Shown here: in pieces, positions 63,604-64,000 of the stretch
How positions within the stretch are numbered: the stretch's first letter is position 1
How the letters are laid out: each line of letters starts with the position of its first letter
DNA from: an uncultured Acidimicrobiia bacterium
GTDB taxonomy: Bacteria; Acidobacteriota; Terriglobia; Versatilivoradales; Versatilivoraceae
DNA: 64,000 nucleotides
Assembly: GCA_963786955.1 (NCBI GenBank)
Contig: CAWBAT010000008.1
Span: 32,001-96,000 of the forward strand
Direction: 5' to 3'
The notes under the pieces: model-generated
What the model saw: only the letters and a program-made list of their open reading frames with translations
Databases searched by the model: none
Told to the model about the DNA's origin: nothing
Made by a program: the position numbers and the translations under genes

Positions 63604-64000
63604 TTACCTTTGTGGTGACTCTGCGATGCGCTCATAAAGTACCCTAGTGATTCCGCTGAGAAAGTGTTCGAGGCTCTCAGCAACCACCAGTAGAAAAGAA
63701 TTCCAAGTCCTGTCGATGAAGCTGTGACAATGGGGGGACAGTGTGCACTTGAAAGCGCTATTGCTCTGATCTTGCCATGTGAACAGCGTTTGGGGCGTGT
63801 TACTGAGGTCATCCAAGTCCCTGAAAATCGTTATGGCACAGTCCGGCACGCGCGTGCTCATTGTAATATCGGCCCGAAGTGCGGGCAAGATTAATCCCGC
63901 ATGCCCTTGCGAGCGTCGGATCATCGAGGACGCCGTACCAGGCTTGGTGTAGCTTTGCGATGAAGTCGATGTTGGCGGAGGACTCGGGGAGTGGTGACTT
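63604..64000 (-). CDS. C-terminal part of a possible, degenerate type II thioesterase (5' end outside window)
   Basis: LILPALRADI..DCAITIF..DD..W..F..HSFI resembles the GrsT/TEII C-terminus but lacks some usual residues; possible frame change near 63900. Confidence 0.5.
   Translation of the reverse strand, partial: SHHSPSPPPTSTSSQSYTKPGTASSMIRRSQGHAGLILPALRADITMSTRVPDCAITIFRDLDDLSNTPQTLFTWQDQSNSAFKCTLSPHCHSFIDRTWNSFLLVVAESLEHFLSGITRVLYERIAESPQR

Overview
Bacterial chromosomal window, most likely Acidobacteriota. This is inferred from gene families: an ECF sigma factor paired with a Ser/Thr kinase carrying TolB-like repeats, IPT/TIG proteins, a DUF5777-like barrel, and several Tat-signal sugar enzymes. 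Positions 1-22 kb are mostly housekeeping: class I fumarate hydratase, a histone-H1-like protein, ridA, truA, an ADP-ribosylglycohydrolase, an ABC-2 exporter, and rimO-yacG-pgpA-(IPT/NHL)-cinA-plsY-gpsA. Positions 22-51 kb are accessory: an RND efflux operon, a CuA-type cupredoxin, sugar-acid catabolic enzymes, an acyl-CoA synthetase, the ECF/kinase pair and an MFS transporter. The best candidate for a new system is the minus-strand biosynthetic cluster at 51.4-64 kb. It has a prolyl-carrier-protein dehydrogenase, a proline adenylation enzyme and a PltL-like carrier protein (the PltE/F/L or AnaB/C/D starter cassette). These feed an unusual AT-less KS-ACP module docked to a fully reducing KS-AT-DH-ER-KR-ACP module with no release domain. 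The cluster runs off the right edge. Intergenic DNA is crowded with several REP/REPIN-like palindromic repeat families, some nested. Three genes are frameshifted, which could be sequencing error or decay. I saw no rRNA, tRNA, CRISPR array or transposase. All family assignments come from motif recognition by eye, not database searches.
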